A stretch of 64,000 nucleotides of DNA from a virus: positions 2,427-66,426 of the IMG/VR virus record IMGVR_UViG_3300032307_001129. One strand, written 5' to 3'. The stretch's first letter is position 1. Each line of letters starts with the position of its first letter. Positions 40,490 through 49,527 of the stretch are shown here, piece after piece. The position numbers and the translations under genes were made by a program. A model generated the notes under the pieces. It was not told the origin of the DNA, made no database searches, and saw nothing but the letters and a program-made list of their open reading frames with translations.

Positions 40490-40804
40490 ATGACAAACAA
40501 TGTTACAATGGTAAAATTAGATATTGAAGGTGAGTACAATAATTTTACGGATTTTTATGGTGTTAATAAAGTTATCATATATAACAATATCATAAATTTA
40601 TTTGAAGATTTTAAAGATAAAAAGAAAAAGAAATTAGTCTTAGAATTATCTGCAAATATTGAAAATATCCAATGGAAAACTGAATTGGAATTCACGAGAA
40701 AAGAAATATATGTTCTTAAACGAGATATATTACCTTTCTTTGAAGAGATTGAAGATTATGAGACATGTGAGAAAGTATTTAACTTATGTGAAACAATAAA
40801 ATAA
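40490..40804 (+). CDS. small protein with C-terminal UVR-like motif
   Basis: FEEIEDYETCEKV. Confidence 0.55.
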   Translation: MTNNVTMVKLDIEGEYNNFTDFYGVNKVIIYNNIINLFEDFKDKKKKKLVLELSANIENIQWKTELEFTRKEIYVLKRDILPFFEEIEDYETCEKVFNLCETIK

Positions 40805-40837
40805 AAAAAAGGGAAGAGTTTTTAATTCTTCCCTTTT
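40805..40837. terminator. bidirectional terminator
   Basis: AAAAGGGAAGA...TCTTCCCTTTT between convergent genes. Confidence 0.7.
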
Positions 40838-40857
40838 AAAAATTAAATTAAAATAAT

Positions 40858-41025
40858 TTACCATTCTTTTCCTGATACACCACTATCTTTAGCTAGTGTT
40901 AATCCTAACGCGGTTAAGATAGTAGTCACCATTCCGGCTTGACTGGCATTAATCCAATCCATGTAAGTTGCAAAAGATACTAAAGCTAATACTACTCCTG
41001 CTGCTGTAGTTTTCCAGTTCTTCAT
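40858..41025 (-). CDS. 55-aa two-TM membrane protein, holin-like (absent from the ORF track)
   Basis: MKNWKTTAAGVVLALVSFATYMDWINASQAGMVTTILTALGLTLAKDSGVSGKEW; late motif at 41059. Confidence 0.7.
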   Translation of the reverse strand: MKNWKTTAAGVVLALVSFATYMDWINASQAGMVTTILTALGLTLAKDSGVSGKEW

Positions 41026-41089
41026 AATTTTAAAGTTTTAAAAAAAATTTATTTATTAATAAATATTGTAATAATGGAAAATCGTCAAG

Positions 41090-41353
41090 TTATTCTTCAG
41101 TTGTTGGTTCATTTTTTTCTAAATTCTTTTTATTTATCCATTTATCAATAGAACCAATACCAAAAGAACCTAATGTTATAATTAAGAAACCATCGAAGAT
41201 GAATTCATTTATTACAAACTCTTTTCCCATCCAACCTTTTATTATGTCAATAAACATAGTTAAAACCATCATAAAAAATGCGATAAAACCTATTACAGAT
41301 TTCTCATTAATTGAGTTATTATCGTTAAATAATTCTTTTAATAATTTTCTCAT
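41090..41353 (-). CDS. two-TM membrane protein, holin-like
   Basis: Two hydrophobic segments and a charged tail. Confidence 0.55.
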   Translation of the reverse strand: MRKLLKELFNDNNSINEKSVIGFIAFFMMVLTMFIDIIKGWMGKEFVINEFIFDGFLIITLGSFGIGSIDKWINKKNLEKNEPTTEE

Positions 41354-41420
41354 TTCAACGTGTTTTATTAACTATAATTAGTATGTTAATTAACGAAATT
41401 GTATATTTATATATAAAAAA

Positions 41421-42023
41421 GTGAAAGATTTATATTTAATACTTGTTTTAATCTTATCACCGTTATTTATTCAAAATAATACCATAGACTTAAATAATGT
41501 ACCTGTTTTATTTATTGGGGATTCACATACCGCTAATCATTCATGGGGATGGCAAATCCTTCTTAGGAATAAAACTAAATTAGAATTACATAACACCGCA
41601 GTAGTTGGGAAACAATTACCTTGGATGGTTTCTATTGGTAAAAAAACAATCACACCATATTTTAAATATTGTTTTATATATGGTGGTGTGAACGACATAC
41701 ATTCAAAAAGAAATCCTTATTTGGTTTATAAAGATGTACAACATATTGTTAATATATGTAATTCAAAAAATGTTATTCCTGTTGTTATTCTTGGACTTAA
41801 TGTTAATGAATGTATAAGTGTAACAAAAGAAAAAGAATATTTTTCAATAAATTATAAAAGATATCAACAATTATTAAATGATAGTATTGTTGGTGCAAAA
41901 ATAATTAATATTAATACAATTAATAAAAATGATTGTTTTGATTGGATTTGTCACATGAAATATTCAGGTCACAAAAAATTGTCTGATTTAGTTATAAAAC
42001 AAATGAATTTTAAATCATATTAA
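41421..42023 (+). CDS. SGNH/GDSL hydrolase with signal peptide
   Basis: FIGDSHT, GGVND, DWICH...GH; hydrophobic N-terminus. Confidence 0.8.
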   Translation: MKDLYLILVLILSPLFIQNNTIDLNNVPVLFIGDSHTANHSWGWQILLRNKTKLELHNTAVVGKQLPWMVSIGKKTITPYFKYCFIYGGVNDIHSKRNPYLVYKDVQHIVNICNSKNVIPVVILGLNVNECISVTKEKEYFSINYKRYQQLLNDSIVGAKIININTINKNDCFDWICHMKYSGHKKLSDLVIKQMNFKSY

Positions 42024-42074
42024 TTTGATATTTTAATTTTTTTTTCTTATATTTTATTATATCAAATATAAAAT

Positions 42075-42761
42075 ATGTCATATTCGGAAGAAATCATCAG
42101 TGTTGTTATTTCAACAAGAAAAATCGATGATTCAAATGTACAAAAAATTAAAAAAAAGTTTTCACATCCAAGGACTGAAATATTGGTTTATGAAAATAAT
42201 AATGAATTTTCATTATCTAAATTATATAATAAAGGTTTAGAGGAATCATCAAATAATATTGTTGTTTTTATGCACGACGATATCGATATTGAAACACCTA
42301 ATGTTTCACATATTTTAAATCAATTATTTAGTAAATTTCCTGAACATGGAATTATTGGGTTAGCTGGAACTGATGAGTTGGTTAGTGGAATGTGGTGGGA
42401 AAAAAGGGATAAGATGTATGGTAAAGTAAAACATGAACATAATGGAAAAATTCATTGTAATCATTACTCAGAAAGTTTAGGGTTTAATTTAAAAGACGTT
42501 GTTACTGTCGATGGTTTATTTTTTGCCGTTCATAAAAACAGAATAAAAGAAAAATTTGATGAGGAATTCGATGGTTTTCATTTCTATGATATTCCTTTTT
42601 GTGTTTTAAATCATTTAAAAGGTGTTAAAATTGGTGTAACAACTAAAATTATGGTGATACATAAATCAATCGGTCAAGTAAATGAACAATGGATAAATAA
42701 TAAATCAAGTTTTGAAAAAAAATATGGTAAATTATTACCATTGATCGTAAAAAGTTTTTAA
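42075..42761 (+). CDS. GT2-like glycosyltransferase
   Basis: YNKGL, VFMHDD, GIIGLAG, VDGLF, FDEEFDGFHFYD. Confidence 0.8.
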   Translation: MSYSEEIISVVISTRKIDDSNVQKIKKKFSHPRTEILVYENNNEFSLSKLYNKGLEESSNNIVVFMHDDIDIETPNVSHILNQLFSKFPEHGIIGLAGTDELVSGMWWEKRDKMYGKVKHEHNGKIHCNHYSESLGFNLKDVVTVDGLFFAVHKNRIKEKFDEEFDGFHFYDIPFCVLNHLKGVKIGVTTKIMVIHKSIGQVNEQWINNKSSFEKKYGKLLPLIVKSF

Positions 42762-42796
42762 CTTTAATCTTTATATTTATAATTAAAAAACAAATT

Positions 42797-43048
42797 ATGA
42801 AAAACTTATTTGAAAAATTAAAAAACTTTTTTGGTGGTACAGAAAAAAATGAACCAACAAAAAATGAAACGATTGTTGAGGTAAAACCAGTGGTAACTGA
42901 AAAGAAACCATCTTCTAAACCATCAAAAGTTAAGAAAAAAACAACGGAAGAAATTCCTACAATCACACTTGACACTGTAACAATTACATCAAGTAAAATT
43001 TCTTCAACATCAAATGACACTGATGTTAGAGGTCCTGAGTATAAATAA
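42797..43048 (+). CDS. small Lys/Thr-rich hypothetical protein
   Basis: 83-aa ORF with TATATTTAT upstream. Confidence 0.55.
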   Translation: MKNLFEKLKNFFGGTEKNEPTKNETIVEVKPVVTEKKPSSKPSKVKKKTTEEIPTITLDTVTITSSKISSTSNDTDVRGPEYK

Positions 43049-43069
43049 TTTATTTATACTCTAAATCAT

Positions 43070-43493
43070 GGGGGTGAATTAGAATCGATTGGCGTTGGTA
43101 TTGTAAGTAGGCACGTAGTCGGATTTCATCTACGACTTTAATAAATGGTGGAAAAAATTAGACGGAGACGTTTACAAAAACATGGAAATTGTTGGTTTAC
43201 TAGCAACTTCTAACGTGGAAGTAGCCTAAGGGTAAAAACACAAAACGGGTCGGTGGACATATAACCTTGGAACAGAAGTCCCTACGGTGTGATACAACCA
43301 TAAAAGTGTCAAAGGTCTCGTTCAGAGGACTACCTGTAATTCCATGAAAATGGTAAAAGTGAACTCGACACAGTTTTCGGTAACAATGTCAAAATAGGAA
43401 CCAAATATTTGTCAGTTGTGAATTAATTGAATAAACGTGTAGTCTATTTATGATAAAACGAACAAGACCCGGTGGCGGTGACCGGCACCTCCA
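43070..43493 (+). ncRNA. ssrA: tmRNA
   Basis: 5' GGGGGTG pairs with 3' CACCTCC-A including the G3:U70 Ala determinant; ...GAC-CCGGT/ACCGG T-stem; internal tag frame 43164-43229; ~424 nt. Confidence 0.88.
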
Positions 43494-43496
43494 CTT

Positions 43497-43532
43497 AAAC
43501 AAAAAACCCACCAATTGGTGGGTTTTTTGTTT
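43497..43532. terminator. terminator downstream of tmRNA
   Basis: AAACAAAAAACCCACC AATT GGTGGGTTTTTTGTTT perfect palindrome. Confidence 0.85.
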
Positions 43533-43649
43533 TAATGTTACTTCTTAAATAAATTATTAAATAATTTGTTAAATTCTTTTCTTAAATAAATATTTGATTA
43601 AATAAAAATATATTATTAATATATATTTATTTTTAAAAAAAGTAAAGTC

Positions 43650-43755
43650 TATAAACAAACAAAGGAATCAATTTGATTCCTTTGTTGAGATTTTGATACC
43701 TCCTTTCGTTTTTTAGTTAATTTATTATCATATAGCGACCAAACCATATGAGTCT
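43650..43755 (-). ncRNA. putative small RNA carrying an extended SD (RNA-B)
   Basis: Minus strand: TATTTATTTAT, hairpin TCATATGG..CTATATGA, AAACGAAAGGAGGTATC, then 13-bp terminator stem; no ATG after the SD. Confidence 0.5.
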
Positions 43756-43780
43756 ATAAATAAATATCACCAAAAATGAT

Positions 43781-44692
43781 TTAAGCTAATTTGTTAGCTA
43801 ATATTTTTACTAATGGTAGTGTTATTATACTACCAAATGAACTTAATGGGTTACTACTTGTTTCTTTTTTTGGATTTAAATCCGCGTCACTTGAATTTTG
43901 TGCGATAAATTCACTCATTTGTGGATTATCAGCTACTTTATCTCTAAAATTTTTATCATTTTGTAATTTATCTTCAAAAGACCCAACGTTAGGTAAACCA
44001 AATAATTCTAACATATTATTTGCTACAATAAAACGTCTAAATGAATCTCTTCTATCTTTTCCTGCACCATAATTTATCCACCATTTTTGAATAAAATTAC
44101 TTGGTTCCATCCCCCTTTTTGTAATATATTTAGATAATCTTTCACCTCTATAAAAATTTTTAAGACCTGTACTAAATTTACCTCCAGTTGTTGCACTTTT
44201 CACACCTGATTTAATGGCTTCTAATGGTGTTACTTTTGGTAAAACCTTCTTTATTGATGTTAAACCTTTCTCAATACTTGACATCCAATTTTCTGGTAGG
44301 TATTTTTTGTATTTTTCGTTATTTTTTACTGACTCAAACGCTTTTGTTAATTTTGATTCGTCACCCACTAATTCTTTTAACTTACTTGTAACTTTTGGAT
44401 TTTTATTTAATGCCTCTACTAAATTATTAGTATTTTTTAATGTTTTTTTACCTACTTGTAATGTTTTAATGAATGGTTTAACTAAAATATCTCCCACAGT
44501 TGGTATTAGGGCAATTAACATTAGTGCAGCGTATAAGTTTTCACCTTTTCTTAAATAATGAATAATTAATAAAATATCTGCGACTTCTCCAATTATAGGA
44601 AAATAACCTAATGTCATTAAAATATTTTCTACACTAAATAATGCTTCATTAATTAATCTTCTTTCTTCTAATATTTGTTGTTTTGTTTTCAT
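43781..44692 (-). CDS. hypothetical protein with PT-TG-like motifs
   Basis: LGYFPIIGEVAD and LIPTVGD. Confidence 0.6.
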   Translation of the reverse strand: MKTKQQILEERRLINEALFSVENILMTLGYFPIIGEVADILLIIHYLRKGENLYAALMLIALIPTVGDILVKPFIKTLQVGKKTLKNTNNLVEALNKNPKVTSKLKELVGDESKLTKAFESVKNNEKYKKYLPENWMSSIEKGLTSIKKVLPKVTPLEAIKSGVKSATTGGKFSTGLKNFYRGERLSKYITKRGMEPSNFIQKWWINYGAGKDRRDSFRRFIVANNMLELFGLPNVGSFEDKLQNDKNFRDKVADNPQMSEFIAQNSSDADLNPKKETSSNPLSSFGSIITLPLVKILANKLA

Positions 44693-44693
44693 A

Positions 44694-45281
44694 TTAATGT
44701 ATTATTTTACAAAATCTTTCAGATATTGTTTCTGATATATTTGATTCTCTTATTACCTCACCTAGTAAATTTCCACCCAATGTTGTTGCATCGGACTTAA
44801 GGTTGACACCATAATCTTCTCTGTCAACATTCATTTGGTTAGATGCAATGTACCTAATTAAAACTTCTAATAACCCATCAATAAGTTTTGGCATACCATC
44901 ATTTGACATACATGTTTGTAAGTTTTTGAACGGTTTTAAAAGATTTATTGGGTTATAATCAGCTAAAAATTGTGCAGCGGTAGTGGAAAATCCACTACCT
45001 GCGCCAAATACTTCTCTTAGAATATATTGGATAACATATTCTTTAACACTAGACAATAAAGAATCGGTCAAAACTGAATTAAAGTCTATTTTATCTAATT
45101 GTCCTTTTATATCTATTTCACTAATATCATAACCTTCCTTAATTAATTTAGATGAAATTTCAAATATACGTTGTGTTCTATATGAATCATCTCGAATATC
45201 TTTTATTTCATTAAAAGAATTTTTTAAATTTTCTCTTCTTTCGTCGAGAATTATAGTTTTTATTTTTTGTTTTAGTTCCAC
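44694..45281 (-). CDS. hypothetical protein
   Basis: 195-aa ORF in the operon. Confidence 0.6.
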   Translation of the reverse strand: MELKQKIKTIILDERRENLKNSFNEIKDIRDDSYRTQRIFEISSKLIKEGYDISEIDIKGQLDKIDFNSVLTDSLLSSVKEYVIQYILREVFGAGSGFSTTAAQFLADYNPINLLKPFKNLQTCMSNDGMPKLIDGLLEVLIRYIASNQMNVDREDYGVNLKSDATTLGGNLLGEVIRESNISETISERFCKIIH

Positions 45282-45288
45282 TTGATTA

Positions 45289-47205
45289 TTATTTTCTCTT
45301 TATTTTTTTAAAAACTAATTTTTCTCCTTGTTTAATTTCACCATTATCAGTTGTTAAAACATAATCTTTCATATTCAAATATGTAATAAGTAATCTTTGA
45401 TTTTCATCAGATAGGTCACTTCCTTTATATATAATTCTTTCTCCTCCAAGTAGACCCTTTCGTGGGTATAAAAGACCTGCTTTTTTAAGTTTAGTATATA
45501 ATCCCCACCCTAATTCTTCATCACTTTTTTTTCGTTCTTCTGGTTTGGTCGGTTCTTCCGGAGTAATTGTTGGATTATCAATAGGACCATCCACATTAGG
45601 TGGTGTTATAACAACAGGTTCTGGGTTTGGTTTATTAAGACAAATTTTCTTAAAATTTTCTTCAGTAACACCAAACACTTCTTTATCACCTAATGGTATA
45701 AGAAAAGGAATATTATTTTTTGACCCCCAAGATTCAGCTGTTGCTTTAGTGTTTGGTCCTAATTTACCGTCAACACCTGTCATTTTTAAACATATTTGTA
45801 ATTCTGATACTAACGGACCTTTACATCCAAATGTTAATGGGAAATCATTACAATCTCTATATAAGTCTTTTTTTATTGGTGTAACCTCTTCTTTCTTTTT
45901 ATCATCCCAAATTATCTCAATACCACTTAATGGATCACTTGTACTTGTTCCACCAGAACCTTTTACTGCTCTTATAATAGTGTATATTTCATTTCTTATT
46001 TTTCTTTCACTAGGGTCATTTAGTGTGGTTTTAGATTGGAGTGTATTTTCTAAAAATTCACCACTTATTCTTTTATATGCACTTAATAATTGTTTACCTT
46101 GACCACTTTTATTATAGGTATTTAAAATGTTTTTAACATTAGTTAACATGCTAGAATTTATTACATTCCCTTTTAAATATGATACAATTTTTTCAACATC
46201 ACTACCTATATTACCACCTGTAGTGGATTGTTCTTTAACATCTGTTACCTTTCCTTCTTTACATTTCCATGTTCCTTTTCTTTTACCATCATTAGTTAGA
46301 ACTTTTCCATCGGCAAAGAATAATACACCTTCAGAATATGTATCATTTATAACTTTAACAACTAACTTACCTGATGTTACTTTAATCACTATTCCTTTTT
46401 TACTATCAAGTATCTTTTTTAAACAAGGAGCCCATTCACCTTCTAATGGTGGTTCACTAGGTATATCTTCATCTTCAATTTTATTTTGTTTAAACCAATA
46501 CCATAATAAAAATGAACCACCCACTGCACCTGCGCCTAAAAGCAGCGCTTTTTTCCAACCTATAGTTTTTAATTTTTCCCAAAATGTTGGGTCTTTTGGA
46601 TTTGTTAGTTTTGTGGTGTCTGTTGGATCCGTTATTTTTTTCGGTTTATTAGTTGAAATATCAACATCACCTTTTTTAAGAGTTTGTGGACGATCATATG
46701 GTTTTCCTGTTTTTGGGTTTATTTGATTAAATTTCTTTTGTACGATTTTTGTTATTGCGTCGTCACTATATCCTTCTAGTTTTAAAGCCTTTTCATATGC
46801 CGGTTGTCCTTTGGCAAATTCTGCTGCGTGTTTTGTATTGAATTTTTCGTTTCTAACTAAATTTTCTGTTGCAATATCAATTAAAGTTGCATTTTTGGTA
46901 TTTGATTTTAATATACTTAATTCTAACGCACCTTTTAATCGACCCGTTAATCTATTACCCTTTAATGCAACTAATAAATTTTCAGATGAATTAATTCCTG
47001 ATTTTATTAATTCGGCCTTTATTTTAGTATCTTTATTCATCATTTTAAGGTAACCCTCTAATTCATTAGCGGCTATTTTAGCGTCCAGTGCTGCCGCTTG
47101 AAATAGATCTTCATTTAACATTTTTTCATTGGTAATCAATTTATTATTAATTGATTCCATAAGATTCATGTATTTTCTAATTAATAAACTATTTTTATTT
47201 TCCAT
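45289..47205 (-). CDS. membrane-anchored protein with peptidoglycan-binding domain
   Basis: TM ALLLGAGAVGGSFLLWYWF; LTFGCKGPLVSELQ...VDGKLGPNT (PG_binding_1-like). Confidence 0.65.
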   Translation of the reverse strand: MENKNSLLIRKYMNLMESINNKLITNEKMLNEDLFQAAALDAKIAANELEGYLKMMNKDTKIKAELIKSGINSSENLLVALKGNRLTGRLKGALELSILKSNTKNATLIDIATENLVRNEKFNTKHAAEFAKGQPAYEKALKLEGYSDDAITKIVQKKFNQINPKTGKPYDRPQTLKKGDVDISTNKPKKITDPTDTTKLTNPKDPTFWEKLKTIGWKKALLLGAGAVGGSFLLWYWFKQNKIEDEDIPSEPPLEGEWAPCLKKILDSKKGIVIKVTSGKLVVKVINDTYSEGVLFFADGKVLTNDGKRKGTWKCKEGKVTDVKEQSTTGGNIGSDVEKIVSYLKGNVINSSMLTNVKNILNTYNKSGQGKQLLSAYKRISGEFLENTLQSKTTLNDPSERKIRNEIYTIIRAVKGSGGTSTSDPLSGIEIIWDDKKKEEVTPIKKDLYRDCNDFPLTFGCKGPLVSELQICLKMTGVDGKLGPNTKATAESWGSKNNIPFLIPLGDKEVFGVTEENFKKICLNKPNPEPVVITPPNVDGPIDNPTITPEEPTKPEERKKSDEELGWGLYTKLKKAGLLYPRKGLLGGERIIYKGSDLSDENQRLLITYLNMKDYVLTTDNGEIKQGEKLVFKKIKRK

Positions 47206-47231
47206 TTTTTTATTTTTTTATTTTTTTATTT

Positions 47232-48470
47232 TTAAATATCATCGTAATTGTACACAGACTCAATATTACTATTTTTTAATGATGATAACAAAGCATCTTC
47301 ATATTCCTCTTCTTTATGTTTTCCATAAACACCAATACCTGTAACAGGTACTAATGTATTTGCAGCTGCTGATGTTTTTGTTCCGCCACCAAGTTTTGAA
47401 GTTAATTTTCCAGGTGCGGATAAAACTTTTCCAGCACCTTTTAATATTGAACCAATTAGATTTATTAATTTATTTAAAACTGTTGTTAATCCACCCATAA
47501 CACCTGATAAAAATTTATAGAACATAGGTGATTTTGTTTTTAAATGTACTAAGGCTTTTTCCATTAATCCAACAACTTTAGAAGACGATGATTGTATAGT
47601 TTCTAAAAACGTAGTTAATTTTTTTGAATTTTTAACTGCTTGTGATACCGCTTCAGATGTTTTACCATATTTAGTTATTAATCCGGTAACCATATTTTTT
47701 GCAACTTTTGCAGACGCACCAGCAAAAACTAATCCCATAACATCAGTTGCAAAAAATAATAATCTCCACCCTGTAGATAATTCAGTATCTTCATATTTAC
47801 CGGTCATGAATTCATAAACATCTAATCCGACAACAATAGCCCAAGGTAACATTTTAAGTGTAACACCTACACCTGATGCCATTAATATTGCATCAAGTAC
47901 TATTCCAATAGGGTGATATAAAGCACCTCTAATTTTTCTAGCAACATAAAGTGCACCTTTTTTTAATAAATCAACAATACGATTCCAATCCCCTTCTGAA
48001 ATTGCAATACCAAGTTTTTTTAATCCATCCCAACTTGTCTTTACAAAATCTGACACACCAGAAACCGCAGATGAGACAGTTTCTTTTCCCCAATCTGCAA
48101 CATTTTTAAGTATACCTTCTTCTAATAATTCCTTTATGTAAGGTTTTAATGTACTCATATTTTGAGTAGATTCTGTAATAACAAATGATTTTAAAGAATT
48201 TAAAACATTTTCTTTAATTTGTTTTGGTACATTAGTTGCTACTTTAAAAGAATGTGTTAGAAAAAATTTGAAGTTATCAAAATTCTCCCAAATATTACCT
48301 ATTTTAGTTTTATTTTGAATATCATATAATTCATCTAAGAAAACACAATATTTTTCATCTGGTGATAACCATTCGGTGATTACAATAGTGTCTTTTACAC
48401 TTGATACACCATATAAATTTAAAATATGTGTTTTATCTGATTCTGATATTAAAAGTTTATTATATAACAT
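47232..48470 (-). CDS. hypothetical protein with Gly/Ala-rich hydrophobic helices
   Basis: 412-aa ORF; hydrophobic central region; ISESDKTHILNLY. Confidence 0.6.
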   Translation of the reverse strand: MLYNKLLISESDKTHILNLYGVSSVKDTIVITEWLSPDEKYCVFLDELYDIQNKTKIGNIWENFDNFKFFLTHSFKVATNVPKQIKENVLNSLKSFVITESTQNMSTLKPYIKELLEEGILKNVADWGKETVSSAVSGVSDFVKTSWDGLKKLGIAISEGDWNRIVDLLKKGALYVARKIRGALYHPIGIVLDAILMASGVGVTLKMLPWAIVVGLDVYEFMTGKYEDTELSTGWRLLFFATDVMGLVFAGASAKVAKNMVTGLITKYGKTSEAVSQAVKNSKKLTTFLETIQSSSSKVVGLMEKALVHLKTKSPMFYKFLSGVMGGLTTVLNKLINLIGSILKGAGKVLSAPGKLTSKLGGGTKTSAAANTLVPVTGIGVYGKHKEEEYEDALLSSLKNSNIESVYNYDDI

Positions 48471-48476
48471 TTTAAT

Positions 48477-48701
48477 TTATTTTAATCTATTCCCCTTATC
48501 TCTCTTTAATAAAGAACCAACAACGTCTGACCACTTAGTTAACCCTATTTGATTACCAGGACCTCTGGTTACGCCAGACTCCCATTTACCTACTTCAGGA
48601 TAACCTTGACCACCTGATGAGGGGGTAGAGGTTGCGGTATCTTGTTCGTCAATACTTTTTATTAGTTTTTTATATTGTTTTTCTGATATGATTATTTTCA
48701 T
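48477..48701 (-). CDS. small hypothetical protein
   Basis: MKIIISEKQYKKLI N-terminus; KWESGVTRGPGN. Confidence 0.65.
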   Translation of the reverse strand: MKIIISEKQYKKLIKSIDEQDTATSTPSSGGQGYPEVGKWESGVTRGPGNQIGLTKWSDVVGSLLKRDKGNRLK

Positions 48702-48770
48702 ATTTTATAAATATTTTAAATTGAACGTTTATTATAGTAATATACTAAAAAAGTATTTGAATATAAATAT

Positions 48771-49139
48771 TTACTCATCGTAAATAGTTTCATCCATTTT
48801 AGAATATAATTTTATATATTGACCAGCCTTAGCATTTGCCTCATCTTCTATTTCACCACCTATGTCTGGTGGTGGTGTTTTTAATCTACCATCTTCATAT
48901 TGTTTATGATGTACCATTTCATGAGCAATACTTCTCATAACATCAACTAAAGACCTATTTTTTGCGTTTATTCTAATTATTTTATTCTTTTTAGAATAAT
49001 CATAATTTGCGGTAGTTTTTAATTCACCTCTACCGTTTTGAAGAACAATTGTTGGACATTTTTCAATCCCAAGTTCTTTTTTTACGAATTTTACAAATTC
49101 AGTAATTTTTTGTTTTTTGTTATCTTCTAAGAAATCCAT
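48771..49139 (-). CDS. zincin-like metallopeptidase
   Basis: SIAHEMVHHKQ...EDEANA (HExxH...E). Confidence 0.75.
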   Translation of the reverse strand: MDFLEDNKKQKITEFVKFVKKELGIEKCPTIVLQNGRGELKTTANYDYSKKNKIIRINAKNRSLVDVMRSIAHEMVHHKQYEDGRLKTPPPDIGGEIEDEANAKAGQYIKLYSKMDETIYDE

Positions 49140-49203
49140 ACTTTATAAATATATTCGTTTAATATATACAACTTAATGTTTTTTTTTTATAATTATCTAT
49201 ATT

Positions 49204-49527
49204 ATGGATTGGTACTCTATTCAATATCTTTATTCTAATTCAATGGAATTATTTTGTTCAACAATGTTTCCAAACGTTGGAGTTCCATCTATTTCTGTAC
49301 TTGAATATTATGATAATAAAAAACTATATAATTTTTTTGATAAACAAGGTATATTTCTAACAATAGAAATGTATACAAAAAATAATTGGACGTATACCAT
49401 ATCCACAGAAAATGAAAAAGTCATTCTGACATCAAAAGAATCTAAAAATAAAAGAGAAGACATCGAAAATGATGGATTCGAAGAATGTTTTAGATTATTA
49501 GAAAAAAAAATCATAGAAATAAAATGA
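49204..49527 (+). CDS. hypothetical protein
   Basis: 107-aa ORF. Confidence 0.55.
   Translation: MDWYSIQYLYSNSMELFCSTMFPNVGVPSISVLEYYDNKKLYNFFDKQGIFLTIEMYTKNNWTYTISTENEKVILTSKESKNKREDIENDGFEECFRLLEKKIIEIK

Noticed and set aside
43453-43462. ATAAAACGAA in tmRNA matching the 58720 leader
   Set aside because: Only a partial, A-rich match lacking AGGA, in a region expected to pair within tmRNA.
43533-43645. Replication origin in an extremely AT-rich gap
   Set aside because: Only short TTAAATA-like repeats, expected at this base composition; no clear iterons.
45545-46726. Long antisense ORFs (e.g. 45545-46102, 46127-46726, 9769-10368, 60927-61361)
   Set aside because: They are shadows of real genes on the opposite strand, with F/L/S/I-rich translations and no motifs.
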